Shown here: piece after piece, positions 42,503 to 50,179 of the stretch
Layout of the letters: each line of letters starts with the position of its first letter
How positions within the stretch are numbered: position 1 is the first letter of the stretch
From: an uncultured delta proteobacterium
Lineage (GTDB): Bacteria; Desulfobacterota; Binatia; Binatales; Binataceae
Length of the DNA stretch: 64,000 bases
Direction of reading: 5' to 3'
NCBI GenBank assembly: GCA_963724765.1
Contig: CAVRVY010000004.1
Coordinates: 1,056,001-1,120,000, forward strand
Program-made: the position numbers and the translations under genes
Notes under the pieces: model-generated
Told to the model about the DNA's origin: nothing
What the model saw: the letters and a program-made list of their open reading frames with translations, nothing else
The model's database searches: none

Positions 42503-42817
42503 ATGAGACAGCTTTTTTCAAAGTCGGAACGGCGAGCCCTCAGTTCGGTTCTGGCCGTCCTCATCGTGTTGGCCAGCCTTCCATTGACCGCTGGCGTCGT
42601 CATCGCTTTCGGATCGAGCCAACCGGAATTCACCGTCAACATTTGCCAGCCAATCCAAGCGTTAGATCACGTGTCGAACACCATGGTTGCTCGCCCGGCT
42701 GCGGTCCTACGCGAGTTCGTGCCCTGTGATCTGGGTTCGGTCACGGCAGAGCCAACCGTTCGAATGATCGAGTGTCCAGCAACACCCGATACCCCACCCC
42801 CCAGGCAATCCGTCTAA
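42503..42817 (+). CDS. small membrane/exported protein with three Cys and a C-terminal PDTPPPR tail (DUF2946/CutF-like leader candidate)
   Basis: 104 aa; N-terminal hydrophobic helix; Cys in NICQ, VPCD and IECP; proline-rich C-terminus; first gene of the metal-related operon. Confidence 0.6.
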   Translation: MRQLFSKSERRALSSVLAVLIVLASLPLTAGVVIAFGSSQPEFTVNICQPIQALDHVSNTMVARPAAVLREFVPCDLGSVTAEPTVRMIECPATPDTPPPRQSV

Positions 42818-42926
42818 CAGCGTTCCTGCAAGCAACAGGCTTCTTGATTTGATTCGTGACGCCGCAGGCGTCGGGAGTCGAGCTTTCGTCAAGGCGGTCA
42901 CCTCAATGAGCCGCCGGAGAATATGT

Positions 42927-43940
42927 ATGAAATGGATTGGAGCGACTGCGCTCTCGTCGCTAACGGATACGCGTGTGCCCAATTTTTGGCGCAGGGCCGG
43001 ACGTCTGCTGATCGCGGCCGTCCTGCTCATTAGCCTGGCGCCGAGGCTCGCCTGGGCCTGCGCTTGCGGATGCGGTGTTTTCGACGTTGGCACCCCCTCG
43101 CTCTTTCCTGCTGGTGCGGGAGGCACGGTGTGGCTCGAGTACGATTTCATGAATCAGTACATTAACTGGCACGCGACCGGGCCATCCTCTGGCATCAACA
43201 ATAGCGATAAACAAATCAAAACAGATTTTCTAACCGCGGGCGGTCAATACATGTTCAATCGGAGTTTCGGGTTAATGGTGACCGTCCCCTATACGATCAG
43301 GACGTTCAGGACGCAGGGCACCGGCGACGAGATCGACCAGTACAACCATGCCAATTTTGGCGACGTGCGCATTTGGGGCATGTACACGGGACTACAAGAG
43401 GACATGTCGCTCGGATTGTTAGCCGGATTCAAGCTACCAACCGGTGACCACACCTATAACGACTTTGATCGCGACACCTCGATTGGAACGGGAAGCACAG
43501 ACCTTCTGCTCGGCGCCTTTAAGCAGGGAACCTTCCCCAGCCGGATCGGGAACGCCAAGCTGACTTTTCTAGATCGCCCTTTTTATTATTTTGCACAGGT
43601 CCAGTACGAATATCCATTTGCGAGTACAGGAAACTACACCCCGGGCAAGGAATTCGACGGCGCGGTGGGCACCTACTACAACTTCGGCCAGGTCGGGCCG
43701 CTCAAAGAACTCGCTCCGATGCTTACGGTTCTCGCGTCGGTCCGTGGGCATGATATGGGCTCGGAAGCGGACCCTCCAGACAGCGGTTACGATCGTGTGC
43801 TGCTCGCCCCTGGGGGCGAAATCAGACTCGGAGTTCTCAGATTCTATGCCGATGTCGAATTTCCGATTTTCCAATTCGTGAACGGATACCAGTTGACCAC
43901 TCCATATCTGATCAAAACGATTTTCAGCTACGATTTCTGA
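42927..43940 (+). CDS. putative outer-membrane beta-barrel protein with N-terminal CACGC motif
   Basis: Signal peptide ending AWA, then CACGCG; FGDVRIWG..GFKLPTG..GTGSTD motif of MetA-pathway/transporter barrels; alternating beta strands; C-terminal YDF; GGAG RBS before ATG 42927. Confidence 0.72.
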   Translation: MKWIGATALSSLTDTRVPNFWRRAGRLLIAAVLLISLAPRLAWACACGCGVFDVGTPSLFPAGAGGTVWLEYDFMNQYINWHATGPSSGINNSDKQIKTDFLTAGGQYMFNRSFGLMVTVPYTIRTFRTQGTGDEIDQYNHANFGDVRIWGMYTGLQEDMSLGLLAGFKLPTGDHTYNDFDRDTSIGTGSTDLLLGAFKQGTFPSRIGNAKLTFLDRPFYYFAQVQYEYPFASTGNYTPGKEFDGAVGTYYNFGQVGPLKELAPMLTVLASVRGHDMGSEADPPDSGYDRVLLAPGGEIRLGVLRFYADVEFPIFQFVNGYQLTTPYLIKTIFSYDF

Positions 43941-43949
43941 GGATATGGC

Positions 43950-44513
43950 TTGAAAATGCGCCCAACCTTCTCAGTGCTCGCATTTTTGGTGATGATCCTG
44001 GCGATCGTGCCTGCCTTTAGCGCGCTCGCCGCCGGCGAGGTTGGCCAGGCAGCACCGGCACTCGTGGTTCAGGAGCTAAGTGGTCAGAATTTCGACCTCG
44101 CAGCACTGCGCGGCAAGGTCGTAATCGTCAACTTCTGGGCCACGTGGTGTCCGCCCTGCCGTGAGGAAATGCCTACCCTGGATGCATTCTACCGGCGTTA
44201 TCACGGTGAGGGGCTGGAGATGATCGGTCTGAGCGCCGACCGCCCGCATGATCGATCCGACGTAATAAAGATGATGCAATCGTTCAGCTATCCGGCGGCG
44301 ATGTTGGACGACGCCAAAGTCAACGGGTTCGGCGGCCCCAACGCGTTGCCCGTGACATTTATTATCGATGGCAAGGGAATGGTTCGCGCCAGGCTTACGC
44401 CCGATGAAACGCGAGTGACGGAGAAAACCCTCGATAGCGTGGTACTTCCGTTGCTCCATCAGAAAGCCGCGGCACAAACTTCATCGGTTAAGAATTCGAC
44501 CGGGAACCCTTAG
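43950..44513 (+). CDS. TlpA/ResA family thiol-disulfide oxidoreductase
   Basis: Signal peptide; GKVVIVNFWATWCPPCREEMP; ALPVTFIID. Confidence 0.93.
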   Translation: MKMRPTFSVLAFLVMILAIVPAFSALAAGEVGQAAPALVVQELSGQNFDLAALRGKVVIVNFWATWCPPCREEMPTLDAFYRRYHGEGLEMIGLSADRPHDRSDVIKMMQSFSYPAAMLDDAKVNGFGGPNALPVTFIIDGKGMVRARLTPDETRVTEKTLDSVVLPLLHQKAAAQTSSVKNSTGNP

Positions 44514-44578
44514 TGCCGAGCACAAATGTTAGCGACCCGATGTGTGCCAGACGGGTGTATGATTTTTAAGTGATTCCA

Positions 44579-44968
44579 ATGAAGACGCTGATCCTCGCTG
44601 CTGCTGTACTGCTGACCGGATGCGCCACGACGAAGACCCCGCCATCCGACGTGGACGCGCGGGTCATGCTGCAGCAAAGGAAGAGTCACGAAATCGCCGT
44701 GCGCGAGCAGCAATGCATCGACGAAACAGAAACTCGTAGCAATGATCAGGTCGCGCGGATCGCGGCGGCTTCCGACCCCGATGAAGAAATGCTGATGCAG
44801 AAAGCGAACGATGAGCGAGATCGCGAACTTTACCAATGCAGGACGGCCGCAGATCGTGAAAATGATGAACTCACTTCCAGCGAACGTGCGCAATATCAGG
44901 ATGACGTGCAGGACGAACGCGATCGCAGCGCGCTGATGATGATTCTTACGACTTCGAGTCCGCGCTGA
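44579..44968 (+). CDS. hypothetical helical lipoprotein
   Basis: MKTLILAAAVLLTGC lipobox; charged helical body with two further Cys. Confidence 0.75.
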   Translation: MKTLILAAAVLLTGCATTKTPPSDVDARVMLQQRKSHEIAVREQQCIDETETRSNDQVARIAAASDPDEEMLMQKANDERDRELYQCRTAADRENDELTSSERAQYQDDVQDERDRSALMMILTTSSPR

Positions 44969-44970
44969 AG
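44908..44970 (+). repeat. 63-bp direct repeat, copy 1 (3' end of the lipoprotein gene)
   Basis: GCAGGACGAACGCGATCGCAGCGCG..ATTCTTACGACTTCG..CGCTGAAG; 57/63 identical to 50117-50179 by manual alignment. Confidence 0.9.
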
Positions 44971-44988
44971 TCTATAAGGAGAAGTGCG

Positions 44989-45666
44989 ATGCATTCTCTG
45001 CGAACCGCAGCGCCGATCAGCATCAGCCTCTTCCTAACGATGCTGATTGTTCTCGCCGCCGCGGTGACTCTGATGGGTTGTCGTCCGCAGGCTCAGGATA
45101 TTGGGGAGCGTGGAGGATTCGCGATGCGCGATGCCTCTGACTGCTTGCCCGATATCACCTTAGTCGATCAGCATGGCCGCAACGTTTCTCTGGCCTCCTT
45201 GAAGGGGAAACCGGTGCTGTTCGATTTCATCTACACCTCCTGTCCCGGACCGTGCCTTCTGCTCACAGCACGAATGAAAAAGGTCGCAGACCGACTGGGA
45301 TCCAAACTTGGAACGGACGCTCGTATCGTGTCGATAACCGTTGACCCCGAACATGATCAGCCCAAGCAGCTTCTCGCATATGCAAGTGCCCAGGGCGCCA
45401 ATGTTAATGGCTGGCTGTTTTTGACGGGAACGCCCAAGCAGATCGAAGATGAGATGGCACGATTCAAGTTGATTCGCCAGCGTGAAGCCGATGGAACGGT
45501 CGATCATGTTCTCGAATTCTTCCTGGTTGATGCGAACGGTCGCGCGTTGCTGCAGTACATGGGCGAAAAAGCCGAACCGGATCAGGTGGCGAACGACGTA
45601 GAGCGGGCGGCGGCAGGTGAGTCGGTAACGGCTGGAGATGGCGCAAACGTAGCGGTTGCCCTTTAG
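44989..45666 (+). CDS. SCO1/SenC family copper chaperone
   Basis: LVDQHGR, FDFIYTSCPGPC (CxxxC), SITVDPEHD, WLFLTG, VDH copper-ligand His; AAGGAG RBS. Confidence 0.93.
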   Translation: MHSLRTAAPISISLFLTMLIVLAAAVTLMGCRPQAQDIGERGGFAMRDASDCLPDITLVDQHGRNVSLASLKGKPVLFDFIYTSCPGPCLLLTARMKKVADRLGSKLGTDARIVSITVDPEHDQPKQLLAYASAQGANVNGWLFLTGTPKQIEDEMARFKLIRQREADGTVDHVLEFFLVDANGRALLQYMGEKAEPDQVANDVERAAAGESVTAGDGANVAVAL

Positions 45667-45677
45667 GAGGTGAGCGC

Positions 45678-46280
45678 ATGAAGTCGTCACGGGCATCCAT
45701 AGCATCGTTGATGGCTCTAGCGTGTGTCTCTGCCGCAGCGATTCTTGTCGCTCGAACGCACGCCCGCGGCCTGACCAGCTCTGCGCTGACAATCAGGGCG
45801 GTCGCGCATCAGTGGTGGTGGGAATTCGACTATCCGTCGCTCGGTATCAAGACCAGCGATGTTTTGTACGTTCCCAGCGCTACAAACGTTCGCCTGGAGC
45901 TTGCCTCCGCCGACGTGATCCACAGCTTCTGGATTGCCGGGATGAAGGAATCCGTAGACATTCTTCCAGGCAAGACGCACCCGCTTGATCTAGTCGTCAA
46001 CTCACCGGGCGAGCTCTATGGAAATTGCGACTCCGGTTGTGGCTGTGGAACTGTCTGCATGCGATTTCGCGTGCTGGCGAGCAGTCCCGGGAAATTCGAG
46101 CGATGGGTGGCGCGCGAGCGTTTGCTTCGCGCGGAGTTCAAGCCGCCGCCCAAGGTTGACGCACCAGCTTGCGCCTTGAATACCGGCTACCAGCGCCGCT
46201 TGGGCCACAATTTGCACGAGAGTCATTTGCAACGGTTGCTTAATGGAGACGAATCAACTGGCAAAAGCCCCTCGCACTGA
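45678..46280 (+). CDS. cytochrome c oxidase subunit II-like cupredoxin domain with an atypical CuA site
   Basis: AHQWWWEFDY, SADVIHSFWI, D.LPG, PG..YGNC; metal loop CDSGCGCGTVCM instead of CxExCGxxHxxM; one N-terminal hydrophobic segment; AGGAGG RBS. Confidence 0.85.
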   Translation: MKSSRASIASLMALACVSAAAILVARTHARGLTSSALTIRAVAHQWWWEFDYPSLGIKTSDVLYVPSATNVRLELASADVIHSFWIAGMKESVDILPGKTHPLDLVVNSPGELYGNCDSGCGCGTVCMRFRVLASSPGKFERWVARERLLRAEFKPPPKVDAPACALNTGYQRRLGHNLHESHLQRLLNGDESTGKSPSH

Positions 46281-46289
46281 TTTGCTCAA

Positions 46290-46862
46290 ATGACTTCGGC
46301 AGTGTCGGGGCGCCTGCCTCAAGCGAGGAGTTTCGGATCGCAGGTTCTGCGCGATCTCGGCGGCGTTGCAGTGCTCGCGCTCGTGGCCCTGGGGGTCGGA
46401 CTCGTGATGAACCGGGTCTCGTCGCAGCCGCTCCCGATCGTCTATCAGACGCCCGAACAGCGGTTCGACGCCGAGCTTACGACTCTGGTTGCGGCGCCGC
46501 CGTTTAAAATCGCGCCGGCGGCAACTGTCGGGCTCGAGGAATTCAGTTCGGCCGTCAAAAGCAAGAGCGCGCTCATCCTCGACGCGCGCCCGTCTGTCTT
46601 CTTCGAACAGGGACATGTGCCTGGCGCGCTCAATCTCTCTCGCGACCGCTTCGCGCATGATTATCGGCATCTTGCGTCCGTACTGAAGCCCGCCGTTGAT
46701 AAGCCGATCATCGTGTACTGCTCCGGCGGCGACTGCCATGATAGCCGGCTGGTCGCGAACGCCATGCTGAGCCTCGGCTTCAGCAACGTCAGCGTGTTTA
46801 CAGGCGGATGGGAGGCATGGTCGGCGGCTGGGCTGCCAATATCCAAAGGCACTCTGCGATGA
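46290..46862 (+). CDS. membrane-anchored rhodanese-domain protein
   Basis: TM helix; LILDARP..FEQGHVPGALN, IVYCSGGDCHDS, FTGGWEAWSAAGLP. Confidence 0.88.
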   Translation: MTSAVSGRLPQARSFGSQVLRDLGGVAVLALVALGVGLVMNRVSSQPLPIVYQTPEQRFDAELTTLVAAPPFKIAPAATVGLEEFSSAVKSKSALILDARPSVFFEQGHVPGALNLSRDRFAHDYRHLASVLKPAVDKPIIVYCSGGDCHDSRLVANAMLSLGFSNVSVFTGGWEAWSAAGLPISKGTLR

Positions 46863-47311
46863 TGGTTCCCCAGGATGCGCGCCGGGACTACATCGTGCTC
46901 GGAGCCAGCCTCGCCCTAGGCGCCATATTTGTTTATGCGGGCATCGACAAGATACACGACCCGCTGCAGTTCGCTGACAGCATCGCTGCGTTCGGTATCC
47001 TGCCGGCGGCGTTCATTAGTTTGCTCGCGTTGAGTCTGCCGCCATTCGAGATCGCATGCGGCCTCCTGTTGCTCTGGCCTCCAACCAGACGGGTCGGGGC
47101 GCTCGCGATAGCGCTCATCTCTGTAGTCTTTTTCTCGGCGCTGCTGTCTGCGCTGGTGCGAGGTTTAACGCTAGACTGCGGCTGCTTCGGGATCGGTCCG
47201 CCGTCGCGTCCGAGGATGTGGCTGGAGCTCGCGCTGAACGTGGTGTTTCTCTTGGGCGCGCTGTCCGTTTATCTGCGCTCGATAGTGCGAGTGCAGGTGC
47301 GCGCGCCGTGA
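46859..47311 (+). CDS. MauE/DoxX family redox-associated membrane protein
   Basis: LGAIFVYAGIDKI.DP..F, LP.FEI..GLLLL, RGLTLDCGCFG; ATGA coupling to the rhodanese gene. Confidence 0.9.
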   Translation: MMVPQDARRDYIVLGASLALGAIFVYAGIDKIHDPLQFADSIAAFGILPAAFISLLALSLPPFEIACGLLLLWPPTRRVGALAIALISVVFFSALLSALVRGLTLDCGCFGIGPPSRPRMWLELALNVVFLLGALSVYLRSIVRVQVRAP

Positions 47312-47422
47312 GCACGCCTGCAATCAAGGTATGACCAATACGGCCCCTCGGGAAGCTTCGCTACGGGCAGGCATTGCATCGGTTCAACGAGCGTCGGCCG
47401 TCCGCCATCTTATGGCGCCCCG

Positions 47423-49879
47423 CTAGTGGTTCAACGCAGGTAGCGGAATTGTCAGAGTGTCGTAGACCGTAATTCTCGGACCGTAGGCCGCCTGGAAGAT
47501 CCCGATCCCTTCGGCAGGCCTGATCAGGTTAGTCCGGTCGAGAATGTTGAGCAGCGTGATCCGGTCCGTAATTTCGCCGATGTGCGGCAACTGAAAGCTT
47601 CTTTGTCCGCTCAGGTCGATCTGAACGACGTTCGGCAGAGATTCCAAATCGGCGAAGCCCCCGCGCAATCCACTGCTATAGAGAGCATCAACGCTGAACA
47701 CATATGGTTTCCAGCGATAGGTAGCGCCGCCCGAGGCGCCGTAGAGCGGCTGATGATCGAGCACGATATAGTGTCGGTTGATGTACCCGAGCTCGTCGGG
47801 GTCGAAGTTAAACTCCCCGGTCGCCACTCCTTTCTGCATGTTCCTGCCGATCGTAGTACTGCCATGGATTGAGAGATTGTCGGCTTTATAAGTGACCGTG
47901 GTCTCCGTCCCCCAGATGTAGCCATGCCTATAGTTGAAGGGCGCGAAAATCGGCACATCTCCGAACTGGCCCGTATCGAGGTAATGGCCCGTGTATTCAT
48001 AAAACCCATCTTCCGAGATCGCGATGTGCTTCGTCAGTTGATGTACTATACCGGCATCTAACTCATAGTCGTCCTCGGTTTCGGGCGTGACGATTCCAGT
48101 GCCTGCCAAGCCGGTGGTTCCAGCAAACGCCGCGGGGGCGCCGGGCGAGATGCCTTGAAAGCTCGGCACCTGCATGTACCGAGCAAACCCGGCGTGGAGC
48201 GTGGTGTCGAGCCGTGGGACAAAGACCAGATTGACTGTCGGATCGATTTGATTGTTGTAAGTAAAGCCGCTCAAACGATCCCAGCGTACGCCAAAATTTG
48301 CTCGTAGCTTCTCGGTGATTTGCCAGGTGTCTTCCAGATAGATCCCGGACAATAGATTGATCTTGTTGGTATTGTTTATTACCCGAACGGGAAAGAAAGG
48401 AGGTCCAGTCTGATCGCCGGCCGCATCGACGTTGAACACCAGTGAGCTGTCGTCCGCCTCGACCGCGTATTCACCAAGATAGAAGCCCGCACCGAGCGTA
48501 CGTGCGCCAAGCTTGTAAGTCAGATCACCTTGAAGCGTGTTGTCGAAATCGCTGTGGAACGCGGTTGACGCCACTCCCTGATAGATGAGTTCGCCAATCC
48601 GATCGGGTTCGAATTTCTGCGAGATATAGTGGGTCGAATACGAGAGCTGGTAAGCAAGCCCGGGCTCAGGCGCTCCATTCAGTGCAAGAATGCCCAGATA
48701 GTCACGAAAGTTCAGAAATGAGTTGATATCGGCTGACGGAAAATTGCTCACGCCGGTTAGTTCGAACTCTGGTGCGAGGTTCGCTCGATTGGGTAACTGG
48801 TTGTTGCTCGCGGCGACCGAGGTAATGAGACTCAGCCGAGTGGTCGGAGTCAAGTTGTAGGCAAAGAAGCCGAATCCCTGACCCTGATTGGTATGGTCGT
48901 GAATCGCATCCGGCGCCGGGGTAGCGGAGCTGAACGCGGTGTTGCTCTGGCTATAGAGCCCGCTGATGTAATAGCTGAAGTTACCGTCGCAGCCGCCGTA
49001 CTGAAAGCTAGGCTGAACGGTATTCCGTTGCCCGCCGTACATGCTGACGCTACCGCCCGGTTGTTCGCACCCGTCCTTTGTTTGAATGTTCACCACACCG
49101 CCGGTGGCATAGCTGTAGCGCGACGGCAGAATCCCATCGAGCAGGCTCAGTTGCTTGATGAACATTGGATTGATCATGGAGAGAAAGGGCGGATTGGTAT
49201 TGATGTCGAGGGGGACCATGACTCCATTGATCTGGTACTGGAATTGAGGCCCTTCCGTGTTGCGTATGTGGATCTGCTGATTCTGGTCGATCGCGACGCC
49301 GGGCATCTGCGCCAGTACATCCGTGATCGTGGTGTTATCGCCGCGCGGTAAGTTGGAAATATCCTGTGCCGTTACGGTGTATCTGTTGGCGCCGGTGGTG
49401 GAGACGCCGTTTGGTGCGCGAATCTGGCTGGTCTGAACGGGAAGCGTCAGCGCCGTCTGTGCGCCAAGGGTAATCGAGATCGTCTTTCCGGCACTCTGTG
49501 GAAAGACAATAATCTTGTTTGCCGGCCTGAAGCCCGACTTTAGAGCTACCAGCGAGAAAACGCCCGGATTTGGTGGTGCGATTTTAAACCGTCCGTCTGC
49601 GCCGGTGGTGGCACGAGCGACGGCGTGGCCATGTTCGTCCTGCAATTCGAGGTTCACCTGAGCCAGAGGCCGGCCCAGCGCATCGGTGATCGTCCCGGAC
49701 ACTTGTTGCGCGGCGGCCAGACAGGGAGGTACAAGGCCAAGGACCAGCAGGCCCGCTAGTACCAAATGCCACATTCGCCAGGGCGTTTGCTCTGCCTTTC
49801 GGCTCGTTAGGAACCTCGACCGGGGTAATCGTACGGTCGCTGCTTCGTATTCGTGGACGCTTCGCTTTGAGACGTTCAT
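47423..49879 (-). CDS. TonB-dependent receptor with N-terminal carboxypeptidase-regulatory-like domain
   Basis: VSGTITDALGRPL..TGADGRF, plug VLAQMPGV..IRN..GGVVNI.TK, YLEDTWQITEKL..NFGVRWD, NILD; start uncertain (49879 or 49774). Confidence 0.88.
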   Translation of the reverse strand: MNVSKRSVHEYEAATVRLPRSRFLTSRKAEQTPWRMWHLVLAGLLVLGLVPPCLAAAQQVSGTITDALGRPLAQVNLELQDEHGHAVARATTGADGRFKIAPPNPGVFSLVALKSGFRPANKIIVFPQSAGKTISITLGAQTALTLPVQTSQIRAPNGVSTTGANRYTVTAQDISNLPRGDNTTITDVLAQMPGVAIDQNQQIHIRNTEGPQFQYQINGVMVPLDINTNPPFLSMINPMFIKQLSLLDGILPSRYSYATGGVVNIQTKDGCEQPGGSVSMYGGQRNTVQPSFQYGGCDGNFSYYISGLYSQSNTAFSSATPAPDAIHDHTNQGQGFGFFAYNLTPTTRLSLITSVAASNNQLPNRANLAPEFELTGVSNFPSADINSFLNFRDYLGILALNGAPEPGLAYQLSYSTHYISQKFEPDRIGELIYQGVASTAFHSDFDNTLQGDLTYKLGARTLGAGFYLGEYAVEADDSSLVFNVDAAGDQTGPPFFPVRVINNTNKINLLSGIYLEDTWQITEKLRANFGVRWDRLSGFTYNNQIDPTVNLVFVPRLDTTLHAGFARYMQVPSFQGISPGAPAAFAGTTGLAGTGIVTPETEDDYELDAGIVHQLTKHIAISEDGFYEYTGHYLDTGQFGDVPIFAPFNYRHGYIWGTETTVTYKADNLSIHGSTTIGRNMQKGVATGEFNFDPDELGYINRHYIVLDHQPLYGASGGATYRWKPYVFSVDALYSSGLRGGFADLESLPNVVQIDLSGQRSFQLPHIGEITDRITLLNILDRTNLIRPAEGIGIFQAAYGPRITVYDTLTIPLPALNH

Positions 49880-49991
49880 AACGCGTACTGACAATCCTCG
49901 GGGTGGCGCACCAGCCTCGCCTGCCGCGGACTTGGCGAGTGTCTCGGTACAGTTGTTGGGTTGGCTGACACGACGCTTAAGCCATGAAGCA

Positions 49992-50036
49992 ATATTGAGA
50001 ATGATTCTCAATATCTGCATAAGCCTGATTTGTCAA
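49992..50036 (-). promoter_or_regulatory. Fur-box-like operator overlapping a sigma70 promoter of the TonB-dependent receptor
   Basis: Perfect 11-1-11 palindrome ATATTGAGAAT-G-ATTCTCAATAT (49992-50014) whose core TGAGAATnATTCTCA is close to the Fur 7-1-7 TGATAATnATTATCA; minus-strand TTGACA (50031-50036) -N17- TATTGA. Confidence 0.8.
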
Positions 50037-50116
50037 ATCTTCGGTACGTCGATGTGGCGAAGGCGCTGAACGTTACGCGCTGCGAGTTGCCCCGCCGGAC
50101 AAGAGCCACCAATCCA

Positions 50117-50179
50117 GCAGGACGAACGCGATCGCAGCGCGTTTATGACGATTCTTACGACTTCGAATCGACGCTGAAG
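50117..50179 (+). repeat. 63-bp direct repeat, copy 2 (orphan lipoprotein 3' end, overlapping the ackA stop)
   Basis: Encodes QDERDRSAFMTILTTSNRR* versus QDERDRSALMMILTTSSPR* in copy 1. Confidence 0.9.

Noticed and set aside
45678-46280. Calling this gene coxB of a respiratory oxidase
   Set aside because: No subunit I or III is adjacent, a CuA His ligand is missing and the two-TM anchor is absent.
46859-47311. Methylamine utilisation (mau) cluster
   Set aside because: No mauA, mauB or mauG in the window; MauE/DoxX domains are widespread outside that pathway.
49880-50020. Track start of the TonB receptor at 50020
   Set aside because: It lies inside the predicted promoter and operator and would add a long non-signal N-terminus.
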